In this document: positions 38,448-50,781 of the stretch, piece after piece
How the letters are laid out: each line of letters starts with the position of its first letter
Position numbering within the stretch: position 1 is the first letter of the stretch
NCBI GenBank assembly: GCA_038087875.1
Contig: JAXLNO010000230.1
Span: forward strand, 372,001 to 436,000
DNA from: Malacoraja senta
Taxonomy: Eukaryota
Direction: 5' to 3'
Length of the DNA: 64,000 nucleotides
Notes under the pieces: generated by a model
Told to the model about the DNA's origin: nothing
Seen by the model: the letters and a program-made list of their open reading frames with translations, nothing else
Databases searched by the model: none
Position numbers and translations under genes: made by a program

Positions 38448-40025
38448 GGTCCCTCCGGCCATGGCGGAGGGACAGGCCTTAACACTGAGCACCCAGGAGG
38501 TACAGTGCGCTCTGCGTAGGATCAATCCAGGCTGCAGGCCCGGATGGAGTCCAGGGAAGGGTACTAAAGGACTGTGCTGTACAGCTGGCGGAGGTATTCA
38601 CGAGAATCTTCAATCTGTCTCTATCTCTGGCAACGGTCCCCAAGTGCCTGAAAACAGCCACCATAGTGCCGGTGCCGAAAAAGTCCAAAGTCACCAACCT
38701 GAATGACTACTGCCCGGTTGCCCTAACTCCAATCCCAATGAAGTGCTTCGAAAGGCTGGTCCTCTCCCATATCAAATAGAGCATCCCTGCCTCACTGGAC
38801 TCCCATCAATTTGCATACAGGGCAAATAGATCAACAGAGGATGCCATCTCTCTGGCTCTTCACACTGTCCTGACTCACCTGGACAGACAGGGCACGTATG
38901 TGAGGATGCTCTTCATTGACTATAGCTCTGCATTCAATACGGTCATCCCCACCAAGCTCACCACCAAACTCCACCAGCTAGGCCTCAGCTCGCCGATATG
39001 CGATTGGATCCTGAACTTTCTGACGGAGCGACCGCAGGCAGTGAGACTGGGCCCGCACCTGTCCTCCACTATCACCCTCAGCACCGGCACACCACAGGGC
39101 TGTGTACTAAGCCCCATGCTCTACTCCCTCTTCACTCACGACTGTGTCCCTGCATTCGACACCAACACCATCGTGAAGTTTGCAGACGACACAACAGTGA
39201 TTGGGCTGATCACCAACGGTGATGAAACAAAATACAGAGCGGAGGTGCAGAACCTGGTGGACTGGTGCGTTCATAACAACTTGTCACTAAACACCTCCAA
39301 GACCAAGGAGCTGATTAGTGACTTCAGGAGGTCCCATAATGGAGAATACGCCCCAATCTCCATTTACGGGGAAAGTGTGGAGAGAGAAGCTTTAAGTTTC
39401 TGGGCATTCACATTTCAGTGGACCTCACATGGTCCAACAACACCGCTGCGCTGGTCAAGAAGGCACAGCAACGACTGTTCTTCCTGAGGACATTAAAAAA
39501 GACTGGTCTGCCCCAACAGCTGCTGACAACGTTCTACCGCTGCACCACAGAGATCATATTAACGTATGGCATCTCTGTGTGGTATCTCAGCTGCACGGAG
39601 GCGGAGAGGAGAGCTCTTCAGCGCGTCGTCCACTGAGCGCAGAGGATCATTGGGACAGAGCTACCAGCCTTGGAGGGCATCTACCACACACGGTGCCTCA
39701 GGAAGGCCGTCAGCATCCATAAGGACTCATCACACCCTTGTAACGGACTGTTTGAACTACTTCCCTCCGGCAGACGTTACAAGGCCTTCTACGCCCAAAC
39801 CTCCAGACTCAGAAACAGCTTTATTCCAAGAACTATAGCGGCTCTGAACCGGCCCTGCTGAGTGCCCCCCCACCCACCCGCCCTGGACAGTCTCCCTCGG
39901 ATGGTCACGTCACTCAGCTTGCTTATTTATTTATTTTACTTTTCTTGTACATCGGTGGAGCTGCATACTAAATCTCGTTGCACTGACGTGCAATGACAAT
40001 AAAAGATATTATTATTATTATTATT
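38448..40025 (+). mobile_element. Rex1/Babar LINE, 5'-truncated, nested in a highly decayed CR1 (~38130-40430)
   Basis: Motifs [36 protein letters not shown] and LPSGRRY, with a (TAT)n tail. The flanks retain CR1 remnants. Confidence 0.9.
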
Positions 40026-42899
40026 TACACTTGGAAGAGCAGAGGTGAATCAAAGATATTCAGCATGAATTAGATAAAAGGGGACATCCTGTCTAACCAG
40101 TTTGATTGAATTTGTTAAAGAGGTAGGAAAATGTATTGATGAGAGCAGTGTGGCTCTTGCAGACCAGGTGTACCTTGATCAGGGCTTTGATAAGGTTTGA
40201 CGGGAGACAGGTTCAAACATTTAGAGCCATGGAATCCAAGACAATTTGGTAAATTGGACCTAAAACTGGCTTGGAAATCGGAGACAGGGGGTTATGGTGG
40301 AGGGTTGTTTTTATGATTCAGAGCCTGTGACCAGGAACATACTATAGGGATTGCTACTAATGATACAGATGTAATGATATGGGGTATAAGTTTGCAGATG
40401 TAAAATAGATCTCTCGTATTCTTGATATTGCGGAGTTCGTCATGGACTATCCTTATAATTATAAAACTCTGATCTTGGATGTGTATTTCTTTATTTGTTT
40501 GTGTGTCATCACATCTTCTCAAAAAAATGACGAGGTAACGGTAAAAAATTTACATATTTCGATAGAGATTTATCCCGTCGAGTCCAAAATTGCCTTAACT
40601 GAAAAATTCATGCATTATTTCTCGAGTTATTAATCAAAATAAAACCGTCTGGCTTTGGCTGATGACGTGATGACATCACAATGGGTATGCATGCTGTGTT
40701 CCACGCGCTGCGAGTGAAGTCACCAGGTCGCCCGGGCCCGCCCGCCCCGCTCCCCTCCTTCTTTCCCCCTCCTCCTCTCCCCCCCCTCCTCCTCCTCTCC
40801 CCCCCTTCTCCTCCTCTCCCCCACTCCTCCCCCTAGCATTGATAAATGTCTGCTGTTAAATGTTGATTTATTTATTAAATATGTTTGTTGCCTTAACATT
40901 AGGTATTAGTGGATTGTTTTCCCTTTGTTGATTCGCTTAACAGTGAACCATGTTTGGGTTTCTCATTGCTCTAAACCCCACCCCATCCCCCTCAACCTTT
41001 CTATCCCTACCCCCTTTCCAAAATAACATAAAAGACGCAAAAAAGCCTTTCTTGACTGAGCAGTTCTGAACACTGAGCTGGTGTGCCAAGACTTTCCCAT
41101 CAGCCGTCTGGAGGGATGCATAGACAGCATAGTACATTTTTCTTCCACTCTGTATCCTCTATGTTAAGTATTGGCAGCAGTTTGAAGATTTTACTCTGAC
41201 AAATAGTTTAGTTTGAGTTATTTTTGTTAAACAATTCCCTCATTTAGGCAAAGGATATGCTAAGTAGTGCGAGCATCCCAGGGGTGCCTGAATCATAATT
41301 GAAAGTGAGACAAATGCTCCTTGATTGCTAACTTCCTCCTGGCACTGCACCAGCAAAGGATTAACAGAGATTCTTATTTCCTGAAATAATTGCTGCATGA
41401 ACATGACACACACTTTGCAAATATATTTATCTTTTGATGTTGAAACCTGCACAGTCCATATGACTGAACTGAACATTTATCTGTGGTCTATACCAATAGT
41501 TCCTGTCTTTTTCAATGAAACCTCGACTTGCCTACACTCGGTAAGTAAGGTACATTAAGCAGGGCTGCCAACATTGGGTGAGAGTTGGGAGTGAGAAATT
41601 GTGAGGGACCAAGCCTGAGGGTGCCCCCCTCCCATTGGTACGGAGCTTTTGCATTTTTCAGCTTGAAATTGTGCAATCTGGTGCATACTGTAGCGAGTCT
41701 TTTAACTTACACTTGAATGCAATATTTATGCTTTAAATTGGATTAGCTATGAATAAGGTTAGGCTAAATTACATTCCACAGTAGAGCCAGGCTATGATCA
41801 ACAGGCACAGCACATGAATGATCTTAGTATATTCATGTATTGAAATCAGATTATAATCAAACACTTGGCCCATGTTGACCAACCTGGGTCTCACTGCACA
41901 CCTGGTACTATTCCTGACCCTGAGTCCAGCCTTTTACCTGGCCCCCTATTCTACCCTGATCATTGCTGCTTACCTGCTTAGTTTCCCAGTGCTGAACACT
42001 CGCATTATCCCAGCTTTGACTGCACACCTAGTACTATTCCAGACCTTGACTCTGGATGCACACTTGGCCTTGCTCCTAGCCCGCTGCTCTGACAATATAT
42101 CTGGCCCACACATAAAGCCCCATATCTGACCCCCTGGACTTAACCTATTACGTTCAAGTCCACAGGTGCTTATCTAATGCGGTCATCTTTTATGGGGCAC
42201 TTCACGAACCAAATGTTGTATAACAAAATTTGCTACATCCATTGGCTTCCTTGTTATCAAACATGCTGGTTACTTTGTCAAAGAAATCATCACTTGGTTG
42301 AACACAATTTCTCATCCATAAAATTATACTCACTCAGCTGTATAAGTATTCTGTTACCATTTCTTTCATTTTCATAACAAACTGTCCTGAAGTTATTTTC
42401 ACCCCCAATATTTTCAGTAATTTGCTGTCTTCCTCTCAGCTGGGACTTTTCTGAAATGCAAAGTCCAATAACTACACATTTAAGCAATATTATTCTATTA
42501 AATGTGATCTTGAGAGTACATAATATTTTCTGTGGTATTCATAACACAACAATGATAAAAAGATCTTTGTTTTGATTGTACCTACCAACATGCATACATT
42601 ACTATATTACAGTTAACATGTATCGAGGGCAATTTTTTGTTCCAATGCTTCCCATTCCCAATTACTTTTACATTGAAGTGATTCAAATCCAAGTGAAGTT
42701 TAAATGGCATCAGAAAAATAAAACCTCCAGAATGGATGATATTCATTACGTGGTTGGTTGGAGTCAGTATCAGCACAATTAGTATATTAAACTTTGAATC
42801 TTCAGATGTCCTGGTTCAAGCTAAAACTAAAGACAAATAATAACCTCCTCACACATTCCCCTGCAAGTATCTCCGTCACTCCTTTAAAATATGCCCCTT

Positions 42900-44112
42900 C
42901 TTTGAACAAGCTCAGGTCATATCTACAAGATAGGAACTATTTTGTTTCCATTGGCGACTTTGTATCAGAACCAACCAACGTGATGTGTGGAGTCCCGCAA
43001 GGTTCGATCTTAGGGCCCTCTTTATTCAACATCTACATGCTCCCACTAGGGAAAATCATGCGAAATAATAATATTGACCACCACTGCTATGCCGATGACA
43101 CTCAAATTTATGTAGTGCTATCACCAAATGACTATCGCCCCATAGATCTGCTGTGCCAGTGCATTGAGCAAGTCAAAGACTGGATGTGCCAAAATTTCCT
43201 CCAACTAAATAAGGACAAACCGGAGATGATTGTTTTTGGTGCTAAAAAAGAAAGGCTTGAAGTAACCCAACACCTTCACTCTCTGTCCCTGAAAACTTCA
43301 AACAAAGCCAGAAATCTCGGGGTTATTATGGATTCAGATTTACATTTCGACAGTCACATCAAATCAGTAACAAAATCGGCCCACTATCACCTCAAAAACG
43401 TAGCAAGACTAAGAGGACTCATGTCAGCTCAAGACTTAGAAAAACTTGTACATGCCTTTATTACTAGTAGGCTAGATTATTGTAACAGTCTCCTTGCAGG
43501 TCTTCCGAAAAAAACTGTCAGGCAGCTACAGCTTGTTCAGAACGCTGTTGCTAGAGTTCTAACAAAGACCAAAAAATTTGAACACATTACACCAATTCTT
43601 AAATCCTTACATTGGCTCCCTGTATGTCAGAGAATTGATTTCAAAATCCTGCTGCTCACCTATAAATCAATACATGGTTTAGGGCCAAAGTATATCACTG
43701 ACATGCTTCCACTATATAAGCCTTCTAGACCGCTAAGATCTTCTGAGACCAATCTGTTAGTGATTCCCAGAGTAAATACAAAACATGGGAAAGCAGGATT
43801 TAGTTACTATGCAACAAATAGCTGGAATAAACTTCCTGAAGATTTAAGACTTGCCCCTACTTTCACCACTTTTAAAACAAGACTGAAAACTTTTATGTTT
43901 ACTTTAGCTTTCAGCTAAATCATAACTACATTGCACTTTTAACTTTTGTACTTTTCTATAATGCATTTTTAACTTTGCTTTTATTTTCTTTTAATTCTTC
44001 TATTTTATTTCATTTTATTATTTCATTTTATTGTATGACATGTTTTTATGTGAAGCACTTTGAGTCTGCCTCGTGTATGAAATGTGCTATATGAATAAAG
44101 TTGCAGTTGCAG
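42900..44112 (+). mobile_element. L2 LINE, 5'-truncated RT/C-terminal ORF
   Basis: Motifs GVPQGSILGP, HCYADDTQIY, FLQLNKDK, RNLGV, SRLDYCNSLL and HITPILKSLHWLPV. L2-type 3' end gtgaagcactttgag...gaaatgtgctatat. Confidence 0.93.
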
Positions 44113-44811
44113 TTAAACATCACATCTGAATCAGTTTCCATCTGATTACACTCCTTGAGGATGTTCATGTACGTGTTCAATTAATAAAACAACGAGATTG
44201 GGAACATTTCTATTCAACCTGTCAAAGGAATTTGCGGAGGGGGGTTTAGAAATAGTCAGATAAACAAACATAATAGTTGAGTGGCAAATGACAATAGTGC
44301 TACCTTCCCAATATTTAACTGAAGGAAATAATGGGTTATCAGGGCTGTATGCTTGACACCTTGCATGTCATTTTAATATTACACTTATCCCATCCCCCTG
44401 GATATTCCAGATTAATAAATTAAGGTTTTGTCAACTAATTACAAATCAGGCTAATTACAAATCAATAACATTAGCCAACTCCGAAACACGAAGCGCTGAG
44501 CATTGGGATCCAGACATCACGGACAACTGGCCTCAGTTCCCCGCTCACATCTGGCAGTGCTCTTTGTCTGAACCAGGGACCATGGAGCATTTTTGAAAAT
44601 GGGGGGGCTGAGCGATCACTGATCACTCACCTTGGGGGTACCCGGTGAGGGAGTGGAGCAACCGAGTGGGGGGAAGGTGTGGAAGGGGTGTGTCCCCCTT
44701 CCCACGGTAGGGACTTTTTGAAATGTTATGTATTAAAATCATGTTTTAGTGCATTGTAGAAGTATGATATCAATGTTTTTTCTTTGAAGTATTTTTAAGA
44801 GGTAACTTTTT

Positions 44812-45447
44812 AAGGTAACTTTTTCCACACAAAGGGTGGTGGGTGTACGGAACAAGCTGCCAGAGGAGGTAATTGAGGCAGGGACTATCCCAACATTTAA
44901 GAAACAGTTAGACTGATACATGGATAAGACAGGTTCGGAGGGATATGGACCAAAAGCAGGTAGACTAGCTGGGACATGTTGGCGGGTGTGGGCAAGTGGG
45001 GCTGAAGGGCCTGTTTTCACACTGCATCACTCTATGACTACATTATACCTCCACCATGCATGAATGCTTCACAATCAAGTGGTCGAGTTTTATTGCCATA
45101 TACTCAAGCATAGAAACATAGAAAATAGGTGCAGGAATAGGCCATTCGGCCCTTAGAGCCAGCACTGCCATTCAATATGATCATGGCTGTTCATCTAAAA
45201 TCAGTACCTCCTTCCTGTTTTTCCCCACCCTTGATTTCGCGTGCCCCGTGAGCTAAATGTAACTATCTTGAAAGCATCCAGTGAATTGGCCTCCACTGCC
45301 TTTTGTGGCAGAGAATTCCACAGATTCACAACTCTCTGGGTGAAGAAAGTTTGTCCTCATCTCAGTCCTAACTGGCCTACCCTTTATTCTTAAACTGTGA
45401 CCCCTGGTTCTGAACTCCCCCAACATCGGGAACATTTTTCCTGCAGT
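44812..45447. mobile_element. Two CR1 3' fragments in tail-to-tail orientation (44812-45040 +, 45110-45447 -)
   Basis: Both match CR1 3' ends seen elsewhere in the window. Confidence 0.8.
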
Positions 45448-45598
45448 TACAGTAAGTGAAAATCTAGCAGGCAAGCAGGATGCTTTCTCCAACCACCCCC
45501 ATTTGAAGGCCACTATCTTCCACCGTTTCTACCTGGTGCTTGGTATCTACTTCCATCAGCCACTGGTTGTCCTCCAGGATGCACCGAGCAGCAGCCTG

Positions 45599-45743
45599 AA
45601 GGGCCTGTCCCACGTAGGCGATCTTTTGGGCGACTACAAGAGACATTGGCAACAATTTTTGCTGTCGGAGGTTGTCGTAGGTGAATGCTAGTAAAACTAG
45701 TCCATGGCAGTTGCCTAAAGAGTTGCCTCAGTGGGGCAGGTCC
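45599..45743. mobile_element. Short PIF/Harbinger-like MITE
   Basis: Imperfect TIR AAGGGCCTGTCCCAC ... GTGGGGCAGGTCC. Confidence 0.55.
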
Positions 45744-45999
45744 ATACGTGCGTGGGAATAGCGTAGATCAGGGGAGCTGCGTCACTCGTTGTCCAGCCCA
45801 CTCTCCATGTCGCCGATAGACACAAAAAGCCGGAGTAACATCCAATTTCCTCTCTGGGTCTGTGGACCGACTCCAAGCACCAGAGGCCAATTGAGCTGCG
45901 GCGCTGCTCGATACGTGATTGGCTTTGTGGAGATCAGAGCCAGATGTCACCGTGTCCCGGGATTCCGCCCTACACAGCCCTGCTAGCCGGACAGGGTTC

Positions 46000-46130
46000 A
46001 GTTTAGAGATACAGCGCAGAAACAGGACCTTCGGCCCACCGAGTCTGCACCGACCAGCAATCCCCGCACATTAACACTATCCTACACACACTAGGGACAA
46101 TTTACACTTATACCAAGCCAATTAACCAGA
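46000..46130 (-). mobile_element. HE1/V-SINE 3' fragment
   Basis: Reverse complement of aaattgtccctagtgtgtgtagga...ggtgggccgaaggtcctgtttctgcgctgtatctctaaac. Confidence 0.65.
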
Positions 46131-46859
46131 CCTTCAGTCTGAAGAAAAGTCCCGACCTGAAACGTCATCCGTTCCTTCTCTCCAGAGATGCTGCCTGACC
46201 CGCTGAGTTACTCCAGCACTTTGCAGTTCCTTCCTGCACGTGTACCTGTCCAAATGCCGTTAACATGTCATTGTGGTAATTTCAAGTGTAGAATGAAGAC
46301 AAGAGTGTTTAGTTGTCGCGTGCAGCGACATCAGAACAATGACATTCTCTGTTGCTGCACCTTAACAGGCTGGTTAAAGCAACAACACACAGATACATGT
46401 AAATAGATTGATTTAGTTTACTATTGCCACCTGTAGCGAGGTACAGGGAAAAGCTTTATATTAAAAAATACAATATTGAACAAATCAAGACTTACCTATC
46501 AGATTTGAACATGAACAATATTATCCCAAGGTTGCAGAGTATTTGAATGGCATTTACTGCATAATCCCTGAGGTTATTCTTTGTAAAGTGAAGGGCAAAG
46601 TTTATCTCTACAAGTTTCATTTTCTGAAGTTAATTTGTAATTTATATTTACCATCTTACCTTTGCTTATTTCTTCACGCGATACATGAATCCAAGACTTA
46701 CATTTAAAAGATGAACAAAATATCAATTTAAAGACAGATATCAACTAATTTCGCCTCTTGAGTATGAATATCGATTTCTTTAACATCCCCTCTCTCTCCG
46801 TCCCTCCACCACCCGAGTGGTACTAGCTGCAAAGTCATCTTGTTGGGTCTCATTGTGTG

Positions 46860-47040
46860 AGAAGGAAGTACAGATGCTGGTTTAAACCGAAGATAGACAC
46901 AAAATGCTGGAGCAACTCACCAGGACAGGCAGCATCTCTGGAGAGAAGGAATGGGTGATGTTTCGAGTCGAGACCCTTCTAAAGGTCACGACCAGAAACG
47001 TCACCAATTCCTTCTCTCCAGAGACGCTGCCTGATCCATG
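46860..47040. mobile_element. Palindromic Penelope-derived repeat; related copies at 46135-46232, 51412-51510, 52321-52500, 55540-55730 and 10870-11110
   Basis: Inverted arms ggcagcatctctggagagaaggaatgggtgatgtttcg / gaaacgtcaccaattccttctctccagagacgctgcc. Confidence 0.8.
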
Positions 47041-47164
47041 CGAATTCAGGGCGAATTCAGCACAGAGACACTCACGGCAGCGGCGAAACGCTTCCGACGC
47101 CTCCGACAGCCCGGGACTCTTGCACTGAGGCTGCTCCATGGCCGGAGCTGCAGCAAGCGACTCG

Positions 47165-47286
47165 CAAGCCTGGCAAACACTCGCCAGCCCGGCAAACACT
47201 CGTCAGCCCGGCAAACACTCGATAGCCCGGCAAACACTAGCCAGCCCGGCAAACATTCGCCAACCCGGCAAACACTCGCCAGCCCC
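47165..47286. repeat. 19-bp minisatellite, about 6 copies
   Basis: Unit CCGGCAAACACTCGCCAGC is repeated head-to-tail with few substitutions. Confidence 0.9.
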
Positions 47287-47781
47287 GGCTCCCCGTCCGC
47301 ATCTGTCCCCGCCGCTGCTTCTGCTTCCATCCTTCCCTCAGCCCTGGCTCTCCAACACCCGCGGCCCATGCAGTTGATGAGTTTTGAAATTTTCGTTGAT
47401 CACAGAATTTCTCACGACAGCGTGAGAAATTTGTGATCAGCGTAAGAGCGTGAGAATTTGTCAAAATGCCTGATTCTCACGCTCAATGCGTGAGAGTTGG
47501 CAGCCCTGCATTAAGGCTCGATAAGGCTCCCACCCTATCTCAATTCATAAATTACAGTTGATGTTATGAGTGGCTCCTTTAAAGGAGATGGGCCTGTCCT
47601 ATGATTTTTGGGAGTTTCTGGCATGCATTTAGGCAGAGCAGCTAGCGTGCTGACTATACTCTTAATTATTATTATTTTTTTTTTCATCTTTATCCTCTCC
47701 CTGCGGGCTTGAGCAAGCTAGACTGGGAAGCCTAGCTCTGCATTTCAAATTAAATCTTGATGTGAGAGGGGAGAGGGTAGG

Positions 47782-50009
47782 TGAATACTTTTGAGAGGGA
47801 GAAGGGTAAGTCGGAGGTGTCGGTATTACAGTTGAGCAAAGTGGACTATGGAGCCATAAGGAAGGAGTTGGCCAAAGTTGACTGGAATGATACCCTAGCA
47901 GGGATGACAGTGGAACAACAATGGCAGGTATTCCTGGGAATAATACATTCCATAGAGGGAATAATTCATTCCAAAGAGGAAGAAAGATTCCAAGGGGAGT
48001 AAGGGGCGACCGTGGCTGACAAGGGAAGTCAAGGAGAGTATAAAAATAAAAGAGAAGAAATATAACATAGCAAAGATGAGCGGGAAGCCAGAGGATTGGG
48101 TAACTTTTAAAGAGCAACAGAAGATAACTACAAAAGGCAATACGGAGAGAAAAGATGAGGTACGAAGGTAAGCTAGCCAAGAATATAAAGGAGGATAGTA
48201 AAAGCTTCTTTACGTATGTGGAGAGGAAAAAACTAGTTAAGGCCAAAGTTGGACCTTTCAAGACTGAAAAGGGTGAATTTATTATGGGGAACAAGGAAAT
48301 GGCAGATGAGTTGAACAGGTATTTTGGATCCGTCTTCACTAAGGAGAACAGAAACAATCTGCCTGATGTACTAGTGGCCAGTGGATCTAGGGTGGCGGAG
48401 GAACTGAAAGAGATTCACATTAGGCAGGAAATGGTGTTGTGTAGAATGATGGGACTGAAGGCTGATAAATCCCCAGGGCCTGATGGTCTGCATCCCAGGG
48501 TACTTAAGGAAATGGCTCTAGAAATCGTGGACGCATTGGTGATCATTTTCCAATGTTCTATAGATTCAGGATCAGTTCCTGTGGATTGGAGGGTTGCTAA
48601 TGTTATCCCAATCTTTAAGAAGGGCGGCAAAGAGAAAACAGGGAAATATAGACCAGAGCCTGACATCGGTGGTGGGGAAGATGCTGGAGTCTTGAAGATG
48701 AAATAGCGGCACATTTGGATAGCAGTAGCTGACTCGATCTGAGTCAGCATGGATTTACGAAGGCTTGACTAATCTTCTGGAATTTTTTGAGGATGTAACC
48801 AGGATAATGGACAAGGGAGAGCCAGTGGATGTAGTCTACCTGGACTTTCAGAAAGCATTTGATAAAGTCCCACATAGTGAGATTAGTGGGCAAAATTAGA
48901 GCACATGGTATTGAAGGTAGGGTGCTGACATGGATAGAAAATTGGTTGGCAAACAGGAAACAAATGGTAGGAATTAACGGGTCCCTTTCAGAATGGCAGG
49001 CAATGACTAGTGGGGTACCGCAAGGCTCGGTGCTGGGACCACAACTATTTACAATATAAATGATTTGGATGAAGGGATTAAAAGTAACATTAGCAAAATT
49101 GCAGATGACACAAAGCTGGGTGGCAGTGTGAACTGTGAGGAGGATGCTATGAGGGTGCAGGGTGACTTGGACAGGGGTGAGTGGGCAGATGCAGTTTAAT
49201 GTGGATAAATGTGAGGTTATCCACTTTGGTGGCAAAAACAGGAAGGCAGATTATTATCTAAATGGTGTCAAGTTGGGAAAATTGGAAGTACAATGGGATC
49301 TACGGGTCCTTGTTCATCAGTCACTGAATGTAAGCGTGCAGGTACAGCAGGCAGTGAAGAAAGGGAATGTCATGTTGGCCTTCATAACACGAGAAGTTGA
49401 GTATAGGAGCAAAGAGGTCCTCCTGCAGTTGTACAGGGCCTTAGTGAGACCACACCTGGAATATTGTGTGCAGTTTTGGTCTCCAAACGTGAGGAAGGAC
49501 ATTCTTGCTATTGAGGGAGTGCAGCGTAGGTTCACGAGGTTAATTCCCGGGATGGCGGGGCTGTCATATGTTGATTGAATGGTGCGGCTGGGCTTGTATA
49601 ATCTGGAATTTAGAAGGATGAGAAGGGATCTTATTGACACATATAAGATTATTAAGGGTTTGGACATGCTAGAGGCAGGAAACATGTTCCAAATGTTGGG
49701 GGCGTCCAGAACCAGGGGCCATAGTTTAAGAATAAGTGGTAAAGCCATTTAGAACAGAGATGAGGAAATACCTTTTCACACAGAGAGTTGTGAGTCTGTG
49801 GAATTCTCTGCCTCAGAGGGCGTTGGAGGCTGGTTCTCTGGATGCTTTCAAGAGAGAGTTAGATAGAGCTCTTAGGGATAGTGGAGTTAAGGGATATGGA
49901 GAGAAGGCAGGAACGGGGTACTGATTGTGGATGATCAGCCATGATCACATTGAATGGCGGTGCTGGCTCGAAGGGCCGAATGGCCTACTCCTGCACCTAT
50001 TGTCTATTG
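47782..50009 (+). mobile_element. CR1 LINE, 5'-truncated and degenerate; related to the young minus-strand family
   Basis: Motifs [30 protein letters not shown] and LVRPHLEYCVQFWSP, with a (CTATTGT) tail. Confidence 0.92.
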
Positions 50010-50450
50010 AGATATGACAGAGATTGTTGATGTTCAGATGTCTTTGTTCCCAAGTCATGGGATGTTAATTGGGTTCAATTAGTGTTCAATTAGGAAAGCA
50101 GACAGGAGGTTTGTCTTTTTTTCAAGGGCATTTGAGTACAAGAATAGAGACGCCTTGCTCCAATATATTATACCCTGTGAAATGGCATCTGAAATATTGT
50201 GTACGTGTCTGGTCTCCCTACCAACAGCAATATAGGTTTATGTTAGAGAGAGGGCAGTAAATATTGACCGGATTGTATTCAGCATGGCGGGTTGATCATA
50301 TGAGGGGAATATAAACAGACTGGTTGTGTACTCAACACAAGTGGTGACCACATTTAAATCTACAAGATTATTATCAGGTTTGACAGGATACAAGCAGATG
50401 TTTCCCCTATTTGGGGAGTCAGTCTAGATCCGGCCACAGTGACAAAATAA

Positions 50451-50781
50451 TGGCCCTGTCCCACGGTACGAGTTCATTCCAAGAGCTCTCCCGAGTTTAA
50501 AAAAAAAATCAAACTTGTGGTAAGCACAGAGAATGAATGTAGCGGGTACGTCGGAGCTCGGGGACGTTTTTTAGCGGCTCGTAACGCTAACGGCAGGTAC
50601 TCGGGAAGACTCGCTAACAGCAGGTAAGCTCAGGAAGACTCGTGAAGATTTTTCAACATGTTGAAAAATGTCCAGGAGAGCCCCGAGTACCGACGAGCGG
50701 CCATTACCGTAAGTCTCCGAGTTCGAATCAGGGCAAACTTGGAGAGCTCTTGGAATGAACTCGTACCATGGGACAGGGTCA
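50451..50781. mobile_element. PIF/Harbinger-type MITE inserted in a decayed CR1 (~50060-50995)
   Basis: ~40-bp TIR TGGCCCTGTCCCACGGTACGAGTTCATTCCAAGAGCTCTCCC with a TAA duplication on both sides. Confidence 0.88.

Larger units (their letters stand above)
41560..47508. mobile_element. ~5.95 kb hAT-like DNA element, non-autonomous or decayed, carrying nested retroposons
   Basis: Perfect 13-bp TIR CAGGGCTGCCAAC / GTTGGCAGCCCTG. CATTAAG is directly repeated on both flanks. GTGAGA(A/G) subterminal repeats occur near both ends. Confidence 0.75.

Noticed and set aside
42150..42800. Possible decayed transposase inside the hAT-like element
   Set aside because: Only short stop-riddled ORFs without a convincing motif. 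BLASTX would be needed.
47165..47286. Regular short repeats resembling a CRISPR array
   Set aside because: The 19-bp units are directly adjacent with no unique spacers, the context is eukaryotic and there are no cas genes. It is a minisatellite.
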